64,000 nt of DNA from assembly GCA_016783135.1 (NCBI GenBank), contig JADHXC010000003.1, positions 11,605-75,604 on the forward strand. Direction: 5' to 3'. The translations under genes were made by a program, and so were the position numbers. Below, piece after piece: positions 38,018-47,719 of this stretch. This DNA comes from Dehalococcoidales bacterium (lineage in GTDB: Bacteria; Chloroflexota; Dehalococcoidia; Dehalococcoidales; Fen-1064). Below the pieces are notes generated by a model. That model was not told the DNA's origin, did not search any database, and was given only the letters and a program-made list of their open reading frames with translations. The first letter of the stretch is position 1, and the number at the start of each line of letters is the position of its first letter.

Positions 38018-38821
38018 CTAGCGAGACGAAGTACGATGGGACCGGGCCTCTCTCACACTCCTTAGTTCTGCTAGAACCTGCTGTGCTTCTGACAGAAGGT
38101 CGTGGGCATCTAAATCATCAAGTGTGGCGGCAAGCTGGCCGGAAGTATTCTCCTCTTCTATCTCGGTTGAGAAAAGCTCAAACAGTGAATCCGTGTCTCC
38201 TGACTTACCGGCGGAATCCTTGCCAGAGACATCATCTGATTCCTCGTCTTCCAGGTAGTCCACCGAATCCTTGGACTCGGCCGAGTCTGCGGACTCGGCT
38301 GAGTCTGCGGGCCCGGTTAGCTCTTCGGAGAAGTCGTCAAGCAGGTTGGCCTCGGGGGATTCGAGGGTGGTCTGTTCCGTTTCCGGTGTTCCTTCAGTTT
38401 TGAGTACCGGATTGGAATCTTCTTCCGGCTCTGGAGTGACATTCTTCAACATGGGCACCTCCTTAGCTGCGGTAAGGCTTGGTCCGGCATCGACCGCCGG
38501 CTGCGAAACGGTATCCTCTGACGAGGGTTTTGAGAGGCGCTTTGCCGGTGTGGGCAAAACCTCAACCGGTAAACCCCCATCCGCACCAGACCGGAGCTTG
38601 CCGAGTTTATCCCGCACCTGCCTGGTGAAATCACGCTTTCTTCTCCAGAATGGCTGCCTACCGGTATCATTCGGTTGCGGCTGCTTCGCAGCAGCCAGCA
38701 CTAAACCCTGCTTCGGCGTGGTTTCCCGCATAAGGAGCGGGAAAAGCGTGACAACCATTGCTCCCAGGACAGCAAGACCTGCGAACATGTAAAGGTATAC
38801 ATCAGCACCTAACATTGACAT
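38018..38821 (-). CDS. Single-TM acidic protein ending the archaellum operon
   Basis: SD AAGGAGGT; N-terminal TM helix, low-complexity linker and acidic helical C-terminus. Confidence 0.75.
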   Translation of the reverse strand: MSMLGADVYLYMFAGLAVLGAMVVTLFPLLMRETTPKQGLVLAAAKQPQPNDTGRQPFWRRKRDFTRQVRDKLGKLRSGADGGLPVEVLPTPAKRLSKPSSEDTVSQPAVDAGPSLTAAKEVPMLKNVTPEPEEDSNPVLKTEGTPETEQTTLESPEANLLDDFSEELTGPADSAESADSAESKDSVDYLEDEESDDVSGKDSAGKSGDTDSLFELFSTEIEEENTSGQLAATLDDLDAHDLLSEAQQVLAELRSVREARSHRTSSR

Positions 38822-38860
38822 TACTTATGTACCTCCTTCCTGTATCGTTTCGGAGAACAC

Positions 38861-40381
38861 TCATCCCATTCCGGAAAACATCATGCGGACGACGGGAGGA
38901 CCAAGGATTACGGCGACTCCCGAGGCCCCCAGTGTGAGGGTGAGGTAGAAAAAGAGCTTATAGATATGTCCGCCGCTGGTGGCATAGATGGCGGTGGCGT
39001 TGGCGAAAGCAAGCACCAGGACTATGGCAATCACCATGAAATGGAGCAGGTCCAGTTCTGTGGTAGCGCCGCCGTAGAGACCAAAGGCAGGAATACCGGT
39101 TGCCGCTATGGATTCTACGCCCGCATCTCCCGGCATCACATCCTCGATTAGAGCGGTAAAACTGACCAGAACCTGGTAGACAAAGACCACCAGTATTGAA
39201 AGTACCATGTGCATGACAACCGCCAGCCACAGCATACCGGACTCTATCAGCCGGCGCTTTGCCCGGAGGAGCGTGATTTTCATGGCGAAGCCACTGGCGC
39301 TATTCCCCACAAGCTCCGGCTCGCCGCCCAGAAGGACGCCGTCCAGGAATGTGCGTACGCTCCGGTTCACTTGCTCGGACCCTGTTTCACCAACAAACTG
39401 GTTCCAGCAAAGGCGAGGGTCTATCCCGGCCAGTATTCTGGTATAGAGCAGGTTGACATCTTCCTTCAGGGAACCCAGCGAGTGGAAGTCGAGTCTTGCC
39501 ATAGCCTCGTTTACAGTGGCACCTATGGCCTGGCTGACACCGCCGAGGGAACGGAGAAGGCCAGCGATTTCGTTGTCCCGCTTGTCTATCTTGCCGTCAT
39601 CAATCTTACTTATCAGCCCCAGCGGGAATATGAAGATGGCGACAGCTATCATGACATAACCAAGGTCAATCTTCATTACCAGCATGAGCACTGCCACCAC
39701 AACCACAACGGGTATGGTAAGCCTGACCAGATTTCTCGCCAGGTTCTGCTCCTTGGAGCGCATCGGAAGCGAATGTACCTTGTATTCCCGGGGAGCAGCA
39801 TGGTATATCAACCACACGCCGGCAATGGTCACCACTATGGTCAAAGAGGACAAACCCATGACAAAGACTGTAGTCACGTTACCTATCATCATGGAAACCA
39901 CCGATACGATAGTGACGATGGCTGTGGTCATAATAAGCGCTACATAGGCATCGGTCCACTTCCGTAGTGTCTCCAGTCGGCGCTCATATTGATTGCCGTA
40001 TGCATCCGAAGAGACATCAGCCTCCCTCTGCAGGAACGTAACGATATCTTCTCCGGAGGACAGGGCACCCGACATACGCAGGAGAAACGCCTTTACATCC
40101 GGCTCCTGGGTGTTCTGGCCGACGATTCGGCACGCCTCAGCGTAGTCATGGTTGAACGCTTTAGCAACAAATACCGCCCGTTTGAAGTAACTTGCCGAGG
40201 TGTAGGGCATCTTGGCAGCGTACTCGAACAGCCCGCTCCGCGAGATACCGGATGTGGCTATGGCCGCCATGTAGCTCAAGTGACAGAAGAAGTCCACCTC
40301 CAACAGCTGGTTGTCAACAGACTTACTGGCGTCCTTCTTGCCGCCGTCCTTTCCCTTTGCCCAGAACTTGTACCATACCAT
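38861..40381 (-). CDS. arlJ: Archaellum membrane platform protein ArlJ (FlaJ)
   Basis: LSYMAAIATSG, FLLRMSGALSSGE, L.KWTDAY and ETGS motifs; multi-TM; follows arlI. Confidence 0.88.
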   Translation of the reverse strand: MVWYKFWAKGKDGGKKDASKSVDNQLLEVDFFCHLSYMAAIATSGISRSGLFEYAAKMPYTSASYFKRAVFVAKAFNHDYAEACRIVGQNTQEPDVKAFLLRMSGALSSGEDIVTFLQREADVSSDAYGNQYERRLETLRKWTDAYVALIMTTAIVTIVSVVSMMIGNVTTVFVMGLSSLTIVVTIAGVWLIYHAAPREYKVHSLPMRSKEQNLARNLVRLTIPVVVVVAVLMLVMKIDLGYVMIAVAIFIFPLGLISKIDDGKIDKRDNEIAGLLRSLGGVSQAIGATVNEAMARLDFHSLGSLKEDVNLLYTRILAGIDPRLCWNQFVGETGSEQVNRSVRTFLDGVLLGGEPELVGNSASGFAMKITLLRAKRRLIESGMLWLAVVMHMVLSILVVFVYQVLVSFTALIEDVMPGDAGVESIAATGIPAFGLYGGATTELDLLHFMVIAIVLVLAFANATAIYATSGGHIYKLFFYLTLTLGASGVAVILGPPVVRMMFSGMG

Positions 40382-40383
40382 CG

Positions 40384-42126
40384 TTAGAAGAGCCCCTGTC
40401 GCTGTGCTTTACTGAGAACCTCCAGGATTTCGTAGAAACCGGTAATATGCTTCTCCTTATGTAGTGTCTCCAGTATCTTCGCCCGGCGGTCTACCTCAGC
40501 GTACATGCGCTGTTTCTTGGTAGCCGGGATGCCCATCCTGGGGGCAACCTTGTTTTCCAGGACCATGCTGGTCATCCGGCCGGTGAATTCAAAGACGTCC
40601 GTTTCCTCATTCCAGTGGAATATCTCAACGAAGGTAAATGAATCAAACACGGGGTCATAGGCCACAATCTCATTGATGCTGGTTATACGCCGGCCCGTCT
40701 TACCATTGGGGAGTTTGACCGCGCTGGTAAAGACTATCACGTTCAGGTTGTCAATATAGCTCTTTGGCACCGAGATGGGGTTACCCGTCATACGCTGGAT
40801 AAGCTTCTCCACGGAAGCAGCATGGAATGTGGCCATAACGGCGTGGCCGGTCTGCATTGCCTGGAAAGCCACATTACCTTCCGGGCCGCGAATCTCTCCT
40901 ATGATAATCTCGTTGGGGCGCTGTCTCAGTGCCGCCTTGAGCAGGTCAAACATGTCTACCCCACTACCCTCTCCTACCTTTGTGGTCTGAACCACCTCTC
41001 TTATCCAGTTCTTGTGGGGCACCTGGAGCTCGGGCGTATCCTCAATACTGACCACCTTGGCCATGGGATGAATGAAGGTGGTCACAGCGTTGAGCAGCGT
41101 TGTCTTCCCGGAGGCTGTCTCTCCGGATACGAAGACATTCATCTCGTTACCAATTACAAGTGAAAGATAGGCCAGCATCTGGTAGTTCAGGCTGCTAAAC
41201 TCCACCAGCTCAAAGATAGATATCGGTGTCCCGGCAAACTTACGGATGCTGAAGTTGGAGCCTCGCCTGGACACGTCCCGTCCAAACACTATGTTGATAC
41301 GGGAGCCATCAGGAAGGGTGGCATCTACAATGGGATTCCGGAAGGTAACCGGTTTCTTTATCCGTTCCGAGAGCCACAGCACGAACTGGTCAAGGTCCTC
41401 ATGGGTCTTAAAGTCAACCGAGCTCTTCAGCGCCTTGAAAATTTTGTGCTCAATGAATACCTGTCCTTTACCGGAACAACTTATGTCTTCAATGAGGGGG
41501 TCAGAAGTCAGGGGGTCCAGAGCACCCAGCCCAAGCCTGTCCCGGATGAACATATACCTCAGCCCTGCCTTCTCACGCTCGGTGATTCTGACTCTGGAAA
41601 CCCTGGCACCACCCTTGCGCAGAAACCCGACCTGCCCTTCAATAAAACCCATACCCGAATCGTTACCAAGCGTGGTAACAGTGTCAAGGTATTCATACAA
41701 TTGCTCTTCCAGGTCGCCGTCCGGGTCAAGTCGTGGAAGCCTGTCCCTCAGTTCAAGGAGCTTACTGTCCACTCTGGACATCAAAGAAGTAAGGTCCATG
41801 CCAAAGTCCGGTTCTATAGTAATATAGTCATTCCTGGTATCATCCGGGTTGTGCTGGATATGAATGAATACACCTGTCCGTTGTGTGGGGTAGATGTAGT
41901 TTGGTTCCTTATCATCGCCCAGCTTCCGGGACGGCTCGGCGACATACTTGGGAACCCCCACTTCAGCAACAGGCAGCGTCTGGATGTAGTCCAGGACATA
42001 CGGATACTGCTCGGTAACCTCCTGCAACGGACCCGACAACATCCCGGAAACGCCGGCGCGAGGGGCCGCCGCTTCCCGGCTATCCGGTGTTCCCTCTTCA
42101 GCAGGGGGCAGGACTGTAGTTGTCAT
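40384..42126 (-). CDS. arlI: Archaellum ATPase ArlI (FlaI), copy 2
   Basis: DPLIEDISCSG, GETASGKT, ALRQRPNEIIIGEIRG and AMQTGH motifs. Confidence 0.9.
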   Translation of the reverse strand: MTTTVLPPAEEGTPDSREAAAPRAGVSGMLSGPLQEVTEQYPYVLDYIQTLPVAEVGVPKYVAEPSRKLGDDKEPNYIYPTQRTGVFIHIQHNPDDTRNDYITIEPDFGMDLTSLMSRVDSKLLELRDRLPRLDPDGDLEEQLYEYLDTVTTLGNDSGMGFIEGQVGFLRKGGARVSRVRITEREKAGLRYMFIRDRLGLGALDPLTSDPLIEDISCSGKGQVFIEHKIFKALKSSVDFKTHEDLDQFVLWLSERIKKPVTFRNPIVDATLPDGSRINIVFGRDVSRRGSNFSIRKFAGTPISIFELVEFSSLNYQMLAYLSLVIGNEMNVFVSGETASGKTTLLNAVTTFIHPMAKVVSIEDTPELQVPHKNWIREVVQTTKVGEGSGVDMFDLLKAALRQRPNEIIIGEIRGPEGNVAFQAMQTGHAVMATFHAASVEKLIQRMTGNPISVPKSYIDNLNVIVFTSAVKLPNGKTGRRITSINEIVAYDPVFDSFTFVEIFHWNEETDVFEFTGRMTSMVLENKVAPRMGIPATKKQRMYAEVDRRAKILETLHKEKHITGFYEILEVLSKAQRQGLF

Positions 42127-42155
42127 TGAGCCTATCTCCTCCCGACGCCCTATGG

Positions 42156-43901
42156 CTAGAGCAGACCATCCTGCTGGGCCTGGCCCAGCACCCGCAGGAC
42201 CTCATAGAAATCGGTAATGCCTCGCTCCTTGTGCAGCTTGGCGAATATTCGGGCCCGCTTGTCTATTTCAGCGTATATCCTCCGCTTTGCACGACTTGGT
42301 ATGCCCAGCATGGTAGCAATCTTGTGCTCCATGACGTGGCTATTCATGTAACCAGTGAACTCAAAGGTATCCGTAGTCTCATCCAGCTTGAAGGCCTCGA
42401 CGATATCAAAAGACTGCGTGGGAGGGTCGAAGCCTACTATCTCATCTATCTCGGTGACACGCCGGACTGTGCCACCGTTGGGGAGCTTGATGGAGCGCAT
42501 GAGAATGGCCACGTTAAGGTTATCCATATATGACTTCGGTACCAGAATCGGGGCGGCGGTCATGCGCTGAATCAGCTTCTCCATGGTAGAGGCATGGAAG
42601 GTGGACATAACGGCGTGCCCGGTCTGCATTGCCTGGAAGGCAACGTTGCCCTCCGGCCCACGAATCTCCCCCACGATAATCTCATTGGGGCGCTGCCGCA
42701 GTGCCGCCTTGAGCAGGTCGAATGTGGTCACCGCGCCGGTGCTGTCTTCCAGTTTGTCCGATTGTATCACTTCCCTTATCCAGTTCTCGTGGGGTACCTG
42801 GAGCTCCGGGGTATCCTCGATAGTGACTATCTTGGCTTTGGGAGGAATGAAGGTGGTCAGTGCGTTGAGCATACTTGTCTTCCCGGAAGCCGATTCACCG
42901 GCAATGAAAAGGTTCATGCCATTCGGGATTACCAGTGACAGGTAGCCGAGCATCTGGTAGTTGAGGGTGCCGAAGTCCACCAGATCGAAGATGGATATTG
43001 GTACTGCGCTGAACTTGCGGATGCTGAAGTTGGAGCCCCTCTTGGAGACATCTCGACCGTAGACGATGTTGATACGGGCCCCCACGGGAAGCGTGGCGTC
43101 GGCAATGGGTGACCTGTAGGTTACCGGTTTTCCTATCTGCTCGGCCAACCTCAGGACAAACACATCCAGGTCATCCAGTGAAGAAAATGATATTGGACTC
43201 TTACAACCCTTGAATATCTTGTGCTCGATAAAGAGATGCCCCACACCGGAGCAGCCGATGTCCTCAATGTATGAGTCGGACACAAGAGGCTCGATATCAC
43301 CCAGACCGAGTTTATCCCGGATGAACAGATACTTGATACCCTCGAGCTCACGCTCGGTAAGCCTGACCTTGGTCAGCTTGGGCTCACCCTTGCGAAGCAA
43401 GCCTGTTCGCCTACCAGTACTGGTGGGCTCTTCCGACTGGCTGCCGAGGGCCGTCATCTGTTCAACGTAGTTGGTCAGCTGCTGCTTCTTATCTCCATCG
43501 GCATCGAAGTTGGGAAGCCGGTCACCAAACTGAATGCAACGACTTTCCACCTGGGACATTATATTGCCAAGGTCCATGGTGAGAGTCGGCTCAACGATAA
43601 TGTAGTGATTACGGGTGTCCTTATCGTCAGTCATCACGTGGGCGAAAATACCGTCGCCTAGCGGATAAATGATGTTCGGCTCCTTGATATCTTCCATCTT
43701 TTTGGTAAGCCTGGGGTAGTAACGGGGAACACCCACCTCCTCGATTGGCAGCCAGTGCAGGTATTCGAAGAGATGAGGATACTCTTCCGCAACCTCCTGT
43801 AACGGGGGCGCGAAAGTCTGGAAGAACTCGCAGTTATGAAAGCCTTTCCCGTGGTCGTCTACTTTATTCTCCCTGGTGAAAGGGAGGACTATCTCCGCCA
43901 T
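42156..43901 (-). CDS. arlI: Archaellum ATPase ArlI (FlaI), copy 1
   Basis: YPHLFEY, IIYPLGDGIFAHV, GESASGKT, GEIRG and AMQTGH motifs. Confidence 0.9.
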   Translation of the reverse strand: MAEIVLPFTRENKVDDHGKGFHNCEFFQTFAPPLQEVAEEYPHLFEYLHWLPIEEVGVPRYYPRLTKKMEDIKEPNIIYPLGDGIFAHVMTDDKDTRNHYIIVEPTLTMDLGNIMSQVESRCIQFGDRLPNFDADGDKKQQLTNYVEQMTALGSQSEEPTSTGRRTGLLRKGEPKLTKVRLTERELEGIKYLFIRDKLGLGDIEPLVSDSYIEDIGCSGVGHLFIEHKIFKGCKSPISFSSLDDLDVFVLRLAEQIGKPVTYRSPIADATLPVGARINIVYGRDVSKRGSNFSIRKFSAVPISIFDLVDFGTLNYQMLGYLSLVIPNGMNLFIAGESASGKTSMLNALTTFIPPKAKIVTIEDTPELQVPHENWIREVIQSDKLEDSTGAVTTFDLLKAALRQRPNEIIVGEIRGPEGNVAFQAMQTGHAVMSTFHASTMEKLIQRMTAAPILVPKSYMDNLNVAILMRSIKLPNGGTVRRVTEIDEIVGFDPPTQSFDIVEAFKLDETTDTFEFTGYMNSHVMEHKIATMLGIPSRAKRRIYAEIDKRARIFAKLHKERGITDFYEVLRVLGQAQQDGLL

Positions 43902-43959
43902 GGAATGAATCCCCAGTCCGCCTGCATTGACCAGCAGGCAGTGTTAGACCTTCGCGCTA

Positions 43960-44691
43960 CTAGACCTTTGCTCTGGAGAGAGGCATAATCTTCATACCTA
44001 TCTCCGGTTCTACGTCAAAACTCAGTATGTTTCCCGTGGTCTGGGTGGCCCCCCTGACCTTGGCCACCTCAAGGGTCTTGACCAGCCTGTCACCCACCCT
44101 CTCGATGGCCAGCTTGAAGTGGGCATCGCATACGGAACGGATACGTACCAGTAAGTCCTGCTCGAAGGCATAGGTATGAGCAACGTTGATTATCGTTTTA
44201 CCCCGGTCACAGAGGGTCTTACAACGCTCGAAATAGGCCAGACACTCCCCACCGGTGGCGCCAGCCGCTATCTGAGTGATGGAATCCATGATGGGCAGGT
44301 CAAAATCCTGAAGGTCCTCGATAGTGTTCAGAATGGACTGTAGAGCGACGGCGGCATTGGACCTCACCAGTGAAGGCCTCATGGTATAGATTTTTATCCG
44401 GCCAAGCAGCAGATAGTCCGTTATACTCAGACCGAGGCTGTCCATCTGGGTGACCAGGCTCTTCACCGTGTTCTCCGTGGTGAAGAGGACTACTTTGAAA
44501 TCGTCCTTCAGGGAGCCCCATATCATCTGCTGGCAGAGCACCGATTTCCCCGCATCGGACTGACCCTCCACCAGGGTGAGGGAGCCAATCGGGATACCGC
44601 CACCCAGCTTTTTATCAATCTCACCGTGGCCGGTGGAGATGACGTCCTTCTTTGCTTCTTCCTGTACTTCGTCCAGTTCAACCTCTGGCAT
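43960..44691 (-). CDS. arlH: ArlH (FlaH) KaiC-like ATP-binding protein
   Basis: LGGGIPIGSL, GQSDAGKS, TTENT, IMDS and F.VEP.IG motifs. Confidence 0.9.
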   Translation of the reverse strand: MPEVELDEVQEEAKKDVISTGHGEIDKKLGGGIPIGSLTLVEGQSDAGKSVLCQQMIWGSLKDDFKVVLFTTENTVKSLVTQMDSLGLSITDYLLLGRIKIYTMRPSLVRSNAAVALQSILNTIEDLQDFDLPIMDSITQIAAGATGGECLAYFERCKTLCDRGKTIINVAHTYAFEQDLLVRIRSVCDAHFKLAIERVGDRLVKTLEVAKVRGATQTTGNILSFDVEPEIGMKIMPLSRAKV

Positions 44692-44709
44692 GGCTACCTC
44701 CCGATATGC

Positions 44710-46317
44710 CTAGTATCTCGTTACCAGGCACTGCGCTGTGACACCATTGGGCGTGGATATCGTTATCCTTGCGGTCGTCCCGCACTCTGTGCCCGGGTTC
44801 AGGACGATGACCAGCTTCATCTTCTCCTCAGGGTTGAGTATGCCCGGGTCGTAGACCTCGGCGTTCCCGTTAGGCAGGTAGATACCAGCCACCATCCACT
44901 GGTTATCGCCGGGGGGGGTGTCCGTCGTGTATTCCAGATAGGTTGCATAGTCGGTACCACTATTCTGGTACTCGACAATAACATCCCACCTGGCGAACTC
45001 GGCCAGGTCTGTCTGGCCCTCGTTGGTTACCGCCAGATGGAAGTTGCCGTAGAGCTGGATTATATGTGGTGTATCGCCACCGGACGTATCGTACTCCAGG
45101 GAGTCCACGACCGTACCCGTAATCCGGCCACTGTCGGCAATCTCAACCGTCCTCACTTCGCCGTCGTCGCCGCCATTAAGGTAGGCTATGGCATACACAG
45201 TATCAGAGACTGCCACGATGCTGGGGTTGAATGTGTTCCCGGTGTCAAACTCCAGGCTGTCTATCACCGTATCCGTTATCTGGCCATCGGTGGCTATCTC
45301 AACAGTCTTCAGGTAACCGTCATCACCACTACCGCGGTAGGCTATGGCATATAGGTTGCCCGAGGCATGGACCATGCTGGGTGTTCTGCCTCTGTCAGTG
45401 TCAAACTCAAGATTGTCTATAACCGTGTCCGTAATCTGGCCATCAGTGGCTATCTCAACCGTCTTCAAGCGACCGTCATCGTCACCATCAGCGTAGGCTA
45501 TGGCGTATATGTCACCTGAGACATGGATTATGCTGGGCTCCAGCCAGCAGTCGCCGGTGTCGAACACAAGGGTGTCGATAACCGTCTCCGTAATCTGGCC
45601 ATCAGTGGCTATCTCAACCGTCTTCAAGAAACCGTTCCATCCATCACCACCGTAGGCTATGGCATATATGTCACCTGAGACATGGATTATCATGGGCTCC
45701 CAGCTGTTGAGGGTGTCGAACTCCAGGCTGTCTATAACCGTGTCCGTAATCTGGCCATCAGTGGCTATCTCAACCGTCTTCAAGAAACCGTCATCGCCAT
45801 CACCAGTGTAGGCTATGGCATATATGCCACCTGAGACATGGACTATGCTGGGCTGGTAGCCACGAGACGTGTCAAACTCCAGGCTGTCTATCGCCGCATC
45901 CGTGATCTGGCCAGCGGCGGTGATCTCAACCGTCCTCACTTCGCCGTTTTCACCGGAGTCACGATACGCTATGGCATACACATTGTCGGACACATGGATG
46001 ATGCTGGACTCGTAGCTGTTGTCGCCGTCGAACTCCAGGCTGTCCGTCACTGCTCCCGCGATTTCACCCCCCGTGGTGATGCCGAGTGTCGCTACGAAAC
46101 CATCTTCGCCGCCCCCCTGATAGGCTATGGCACACACGATGTCAGACGCCCACGACGACGCGTCAATTTCGGTCAACCTTATTTCGCTGGCCTGCTGCTC
46201 CATCTCCCTCAGCGAGTCAGCCACCGAGGTCGCTGCATCAAAGGCGTTAAACGTTAGCGTCACCACGCCCACAATGAGCATGGCGATACATATCAGGGAG
46301 ACAAGCGCTGTTTCCAT
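44710..46317 (-). CDS. arlF: ArlF (FlaF)-like stator protein with a seven-repeat insertion
   Basis: N-terminal TM and helix; C-terminal V.NEG...ILNPEE...ISTPNG archaellin-like domain; located between arlG and arlH. Confidence 0.75.
   Translation of the reverse strand: METALVSLICIAMLIVGVVTLTFNAFDAATSVADSLREMEQQASEIRLTEIDASSWASDIVCAIAYQGGGEDGFVATLGITTGGEIAGAVTDSLEFDGDNSYESSIIHVSDNVYAIAYRDSGENGEVRTVEITAAGQITDAAIDSLEFDTSRGYQPSIVHVSGGIYAIAYTGDGDDGFLKTVEIATDGQITDTVIDSLEFDTLNSWEPMIIHVSGDIYAIAYGGDGWNGFLKTVEIATDGQITETVIDTLVFDTGDCWLEPSIIHVSGDIYAIAYADGDDDGRLKTVEIATDGQITDTVIDNLEFDTDRGRTPSMVHASGNLYAIAYRGSGDDGYLKTVEIATDGQITDTVIDSLEFDTGNTFNPSIVAVSDTVYAIAYLNGGDDGEVRTVEIADSGRITGTVVDSLEYDTSGGDTPHIIQLYGNFHLAVTNEGQTDLAEFARWDVIVEYQNSGTDYATYLEYTTDTPPGDNQWMVAGIYLPNGNAEVYDPGILNPEEKMKLVIVLNPGTECGTTARITISTPNGVTAQCLVTRY
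45050..46145 (-). repeat. Intragenic ~156-bp (52-aa) tandem repeats
   Basis: Seven AIAY-containing units of the type DSLEFD...YAIAY...LKTVEIATDGQITDTVI; boundaries approximate. Confidence 0.92.
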
Positions 46318-46319
46318 CT

Positions 46320-46787
46320 CTAGTCCACACTGAAGGTTGTTTCGTCAAAGATACCGTTAGGGACCACTATCTTGAATATATGAGTGCCCGTGGCGGGGGC
46401 GGACGCCAGGTGAATTGTTACCCTGACGGTAACCGTCGGCTTCCACTGGGTGTAGCTGCCCTCGAACTGGTAGTCCCAGTAGGGGGGGGTATCGCCACCG
46501 TAGGTCACATGGTAGAAGTCGCCCTCGGGCCCGAAGAAGATGTCGCTCCGCTCGACACTATTGATATCTACTGTACCAATGTTCTTTATCCAGGCATCCA
46601 CCCCCGTGGAGTTGTCCGCTACCTGAATGATGTCAATACGACACTCAATACGGTCGCTTACCTTGCTGGTGGCGCTGGTCACCGCCCCGCTGCTTTCAAT
46701 GATTGCGGGGTAGAAACCGTTGAATACCGCGAGAGAAGCTACCACCCCGCCTATCATCAGCAGGATGGTAACAATGACTTTATCCAC
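46320..46787 (-). CDS. arlG: ArlG (FlaG)-like protein
   Basis: N-terminal TM; I.II...WIKNIG, W.P..T and VPNG motifs. Confidence 0.8.
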   Translation of the reverse strand: MDKVIVTILLMIGGVVASLAVFNGFYPAIIESSGAVTSATSKVSDRIECRIDIIQVADNSTGVDAWIKNIGTVDINSVERSDIFFGPEGDFYHVTYGGDTPPYWDYQFEGSYTQWKPTVTVRVTIHLASAPATGTHIFKIVVPNGIFDETTFSVD

Positions 46788-47601
46788 TATCGTTTCCCTG
46801 GCACAGAATAGAGAGCAGGGCTATCTCGAACTTGGTGGCCTTTCCGAGAATGCTGTCAAGCTCCTTGAGCGAGGTCAGATAGTCCCGGGTTGTTACCTTA
46901 CCCTCATACTCGCCAGGGGTGGCATAAATGAACCTGGTCAGGACATCCTTGAGCTCCAGGTCGAGAAATCCAACCATCTCGGAGATATCAAGGATTGACT
47001 GCGCCCTCTTGCTTCCCAGCCGTTTCACTACGTCCGCCACCCAGTCAGCCAGGCTGGATATTGTAGCCAGGTCTATCTGTCCTTTGGTACCGCCATTTCC
47101 TCCAGACTCAAAATTCATCTCAAATTCTTTTACTGGTCGCCATGCCCTCATCACCTCCTCATGGGCTGTTTCATCAGTGGCGACAACGACCGGTCCGGAG
47201 ACCGGCTCAGATTCAGTAGTCATCTCAGGTTCGGACTTCGGTCCAGGCTCTGGAAGCGGCTGTTGCTCGGTGGTTAGTTCTGGCTTATAGAGAGGTTCCT
47301 GCGTATGCGAAGACGACGCTTCCCGGGCTGGTTCTGGCGTGTGGGTCGGTTCGTCTGCGACTGAAGGTTTGTTGCTTGTATGGTTTTCCGGTCCGGCCTT
47401 ATGTGACCCGTTACCCGTGGGCTGAGACTGCGGTGGGTTGCTGATAACAATGTGCTGCTCGGGAAACGGTGGCAGTTCCCGGCTGACAGGGTTCTCGAAG
47501 TTCAGGTAACTCTCCCTGAGGTCGAGCAGGACCGCCTGGACCTCGTTCTTCAGTATCTTGATTTCGTCCTCTAGCTGAGTTACCTTATCATTCAGCTCCA
47601 C
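46780..47601 (-). CDS. Coiled coil + ArlD/E (FlaD/E)-like C-terminal domain
   Basis: DWVADVVKRLG...ILD..EMVGFL...TRDYLTSL resembles the W..FL...G...LDYY..IGWI...DH..SL pattern of ArlD/E; lies between arlB and arlG. Confidence 0.6.
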   Translation of the reverse strand: MELNDKVTQLEDEIKILKNEVQAVLLDLRESYLNFENPVSRELPPFPEQHIVISNPPQSQPTGNGSHKAGPENHTSNKPSVADEPTHTPEPAREASSSHTQEPLYKPELTTEQQPLPEPGPKSEPEMTTESEPVSGPVVVATDETAHEEVMRAWRPVKEFEMNFESGGNGGTKGQIDLATISSLADWVADVVKRLGSKRAQSILDISEMVGFLDLELKDVLTRFIYATPGEYEGKVTTRDYLTSLKELDSILGKATKFEIALLSILCQGNDSG

Positions 47602-47622
47602 TTGCCTACCTCCATTATCCGA

Positions 47623-47661
47623 GTCTCAGTGCCCCCGGGACCTCCCCGGAGACACTGAGAC
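47623..47661 (-). terminator. Strong hairpin after the archaellin genes (partial terminator or mRNA stabiliser)
   Basis: GTCTCAGTGTCTCCGGG/CCCGGGGGCACTGAGAC stem without a U tract. Confidence 0.55.
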
Positions 47662-47719
47662 CTGGGTGTGCATCTCTTCCGCAGCCCCCGACTTACTTTC
47701 TCACTGTTGCTGAACGAAC

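Noticed and set aside
38861-43901. Tad pilus or type II secretion system
   Set aside because: Archaellin-type pilins, an adjacent KaiC-like ArlH, ArlF/G-like genes and a single long ArlJ fit the archaellum, not Tad or T2SS.
45050-46145. Diversity-generating retroelement template/variable repeats
   Set aside because: The repeats are in-frame coding units, the differences are not adenine-specific, and there is no reverse transcriptase in the window.
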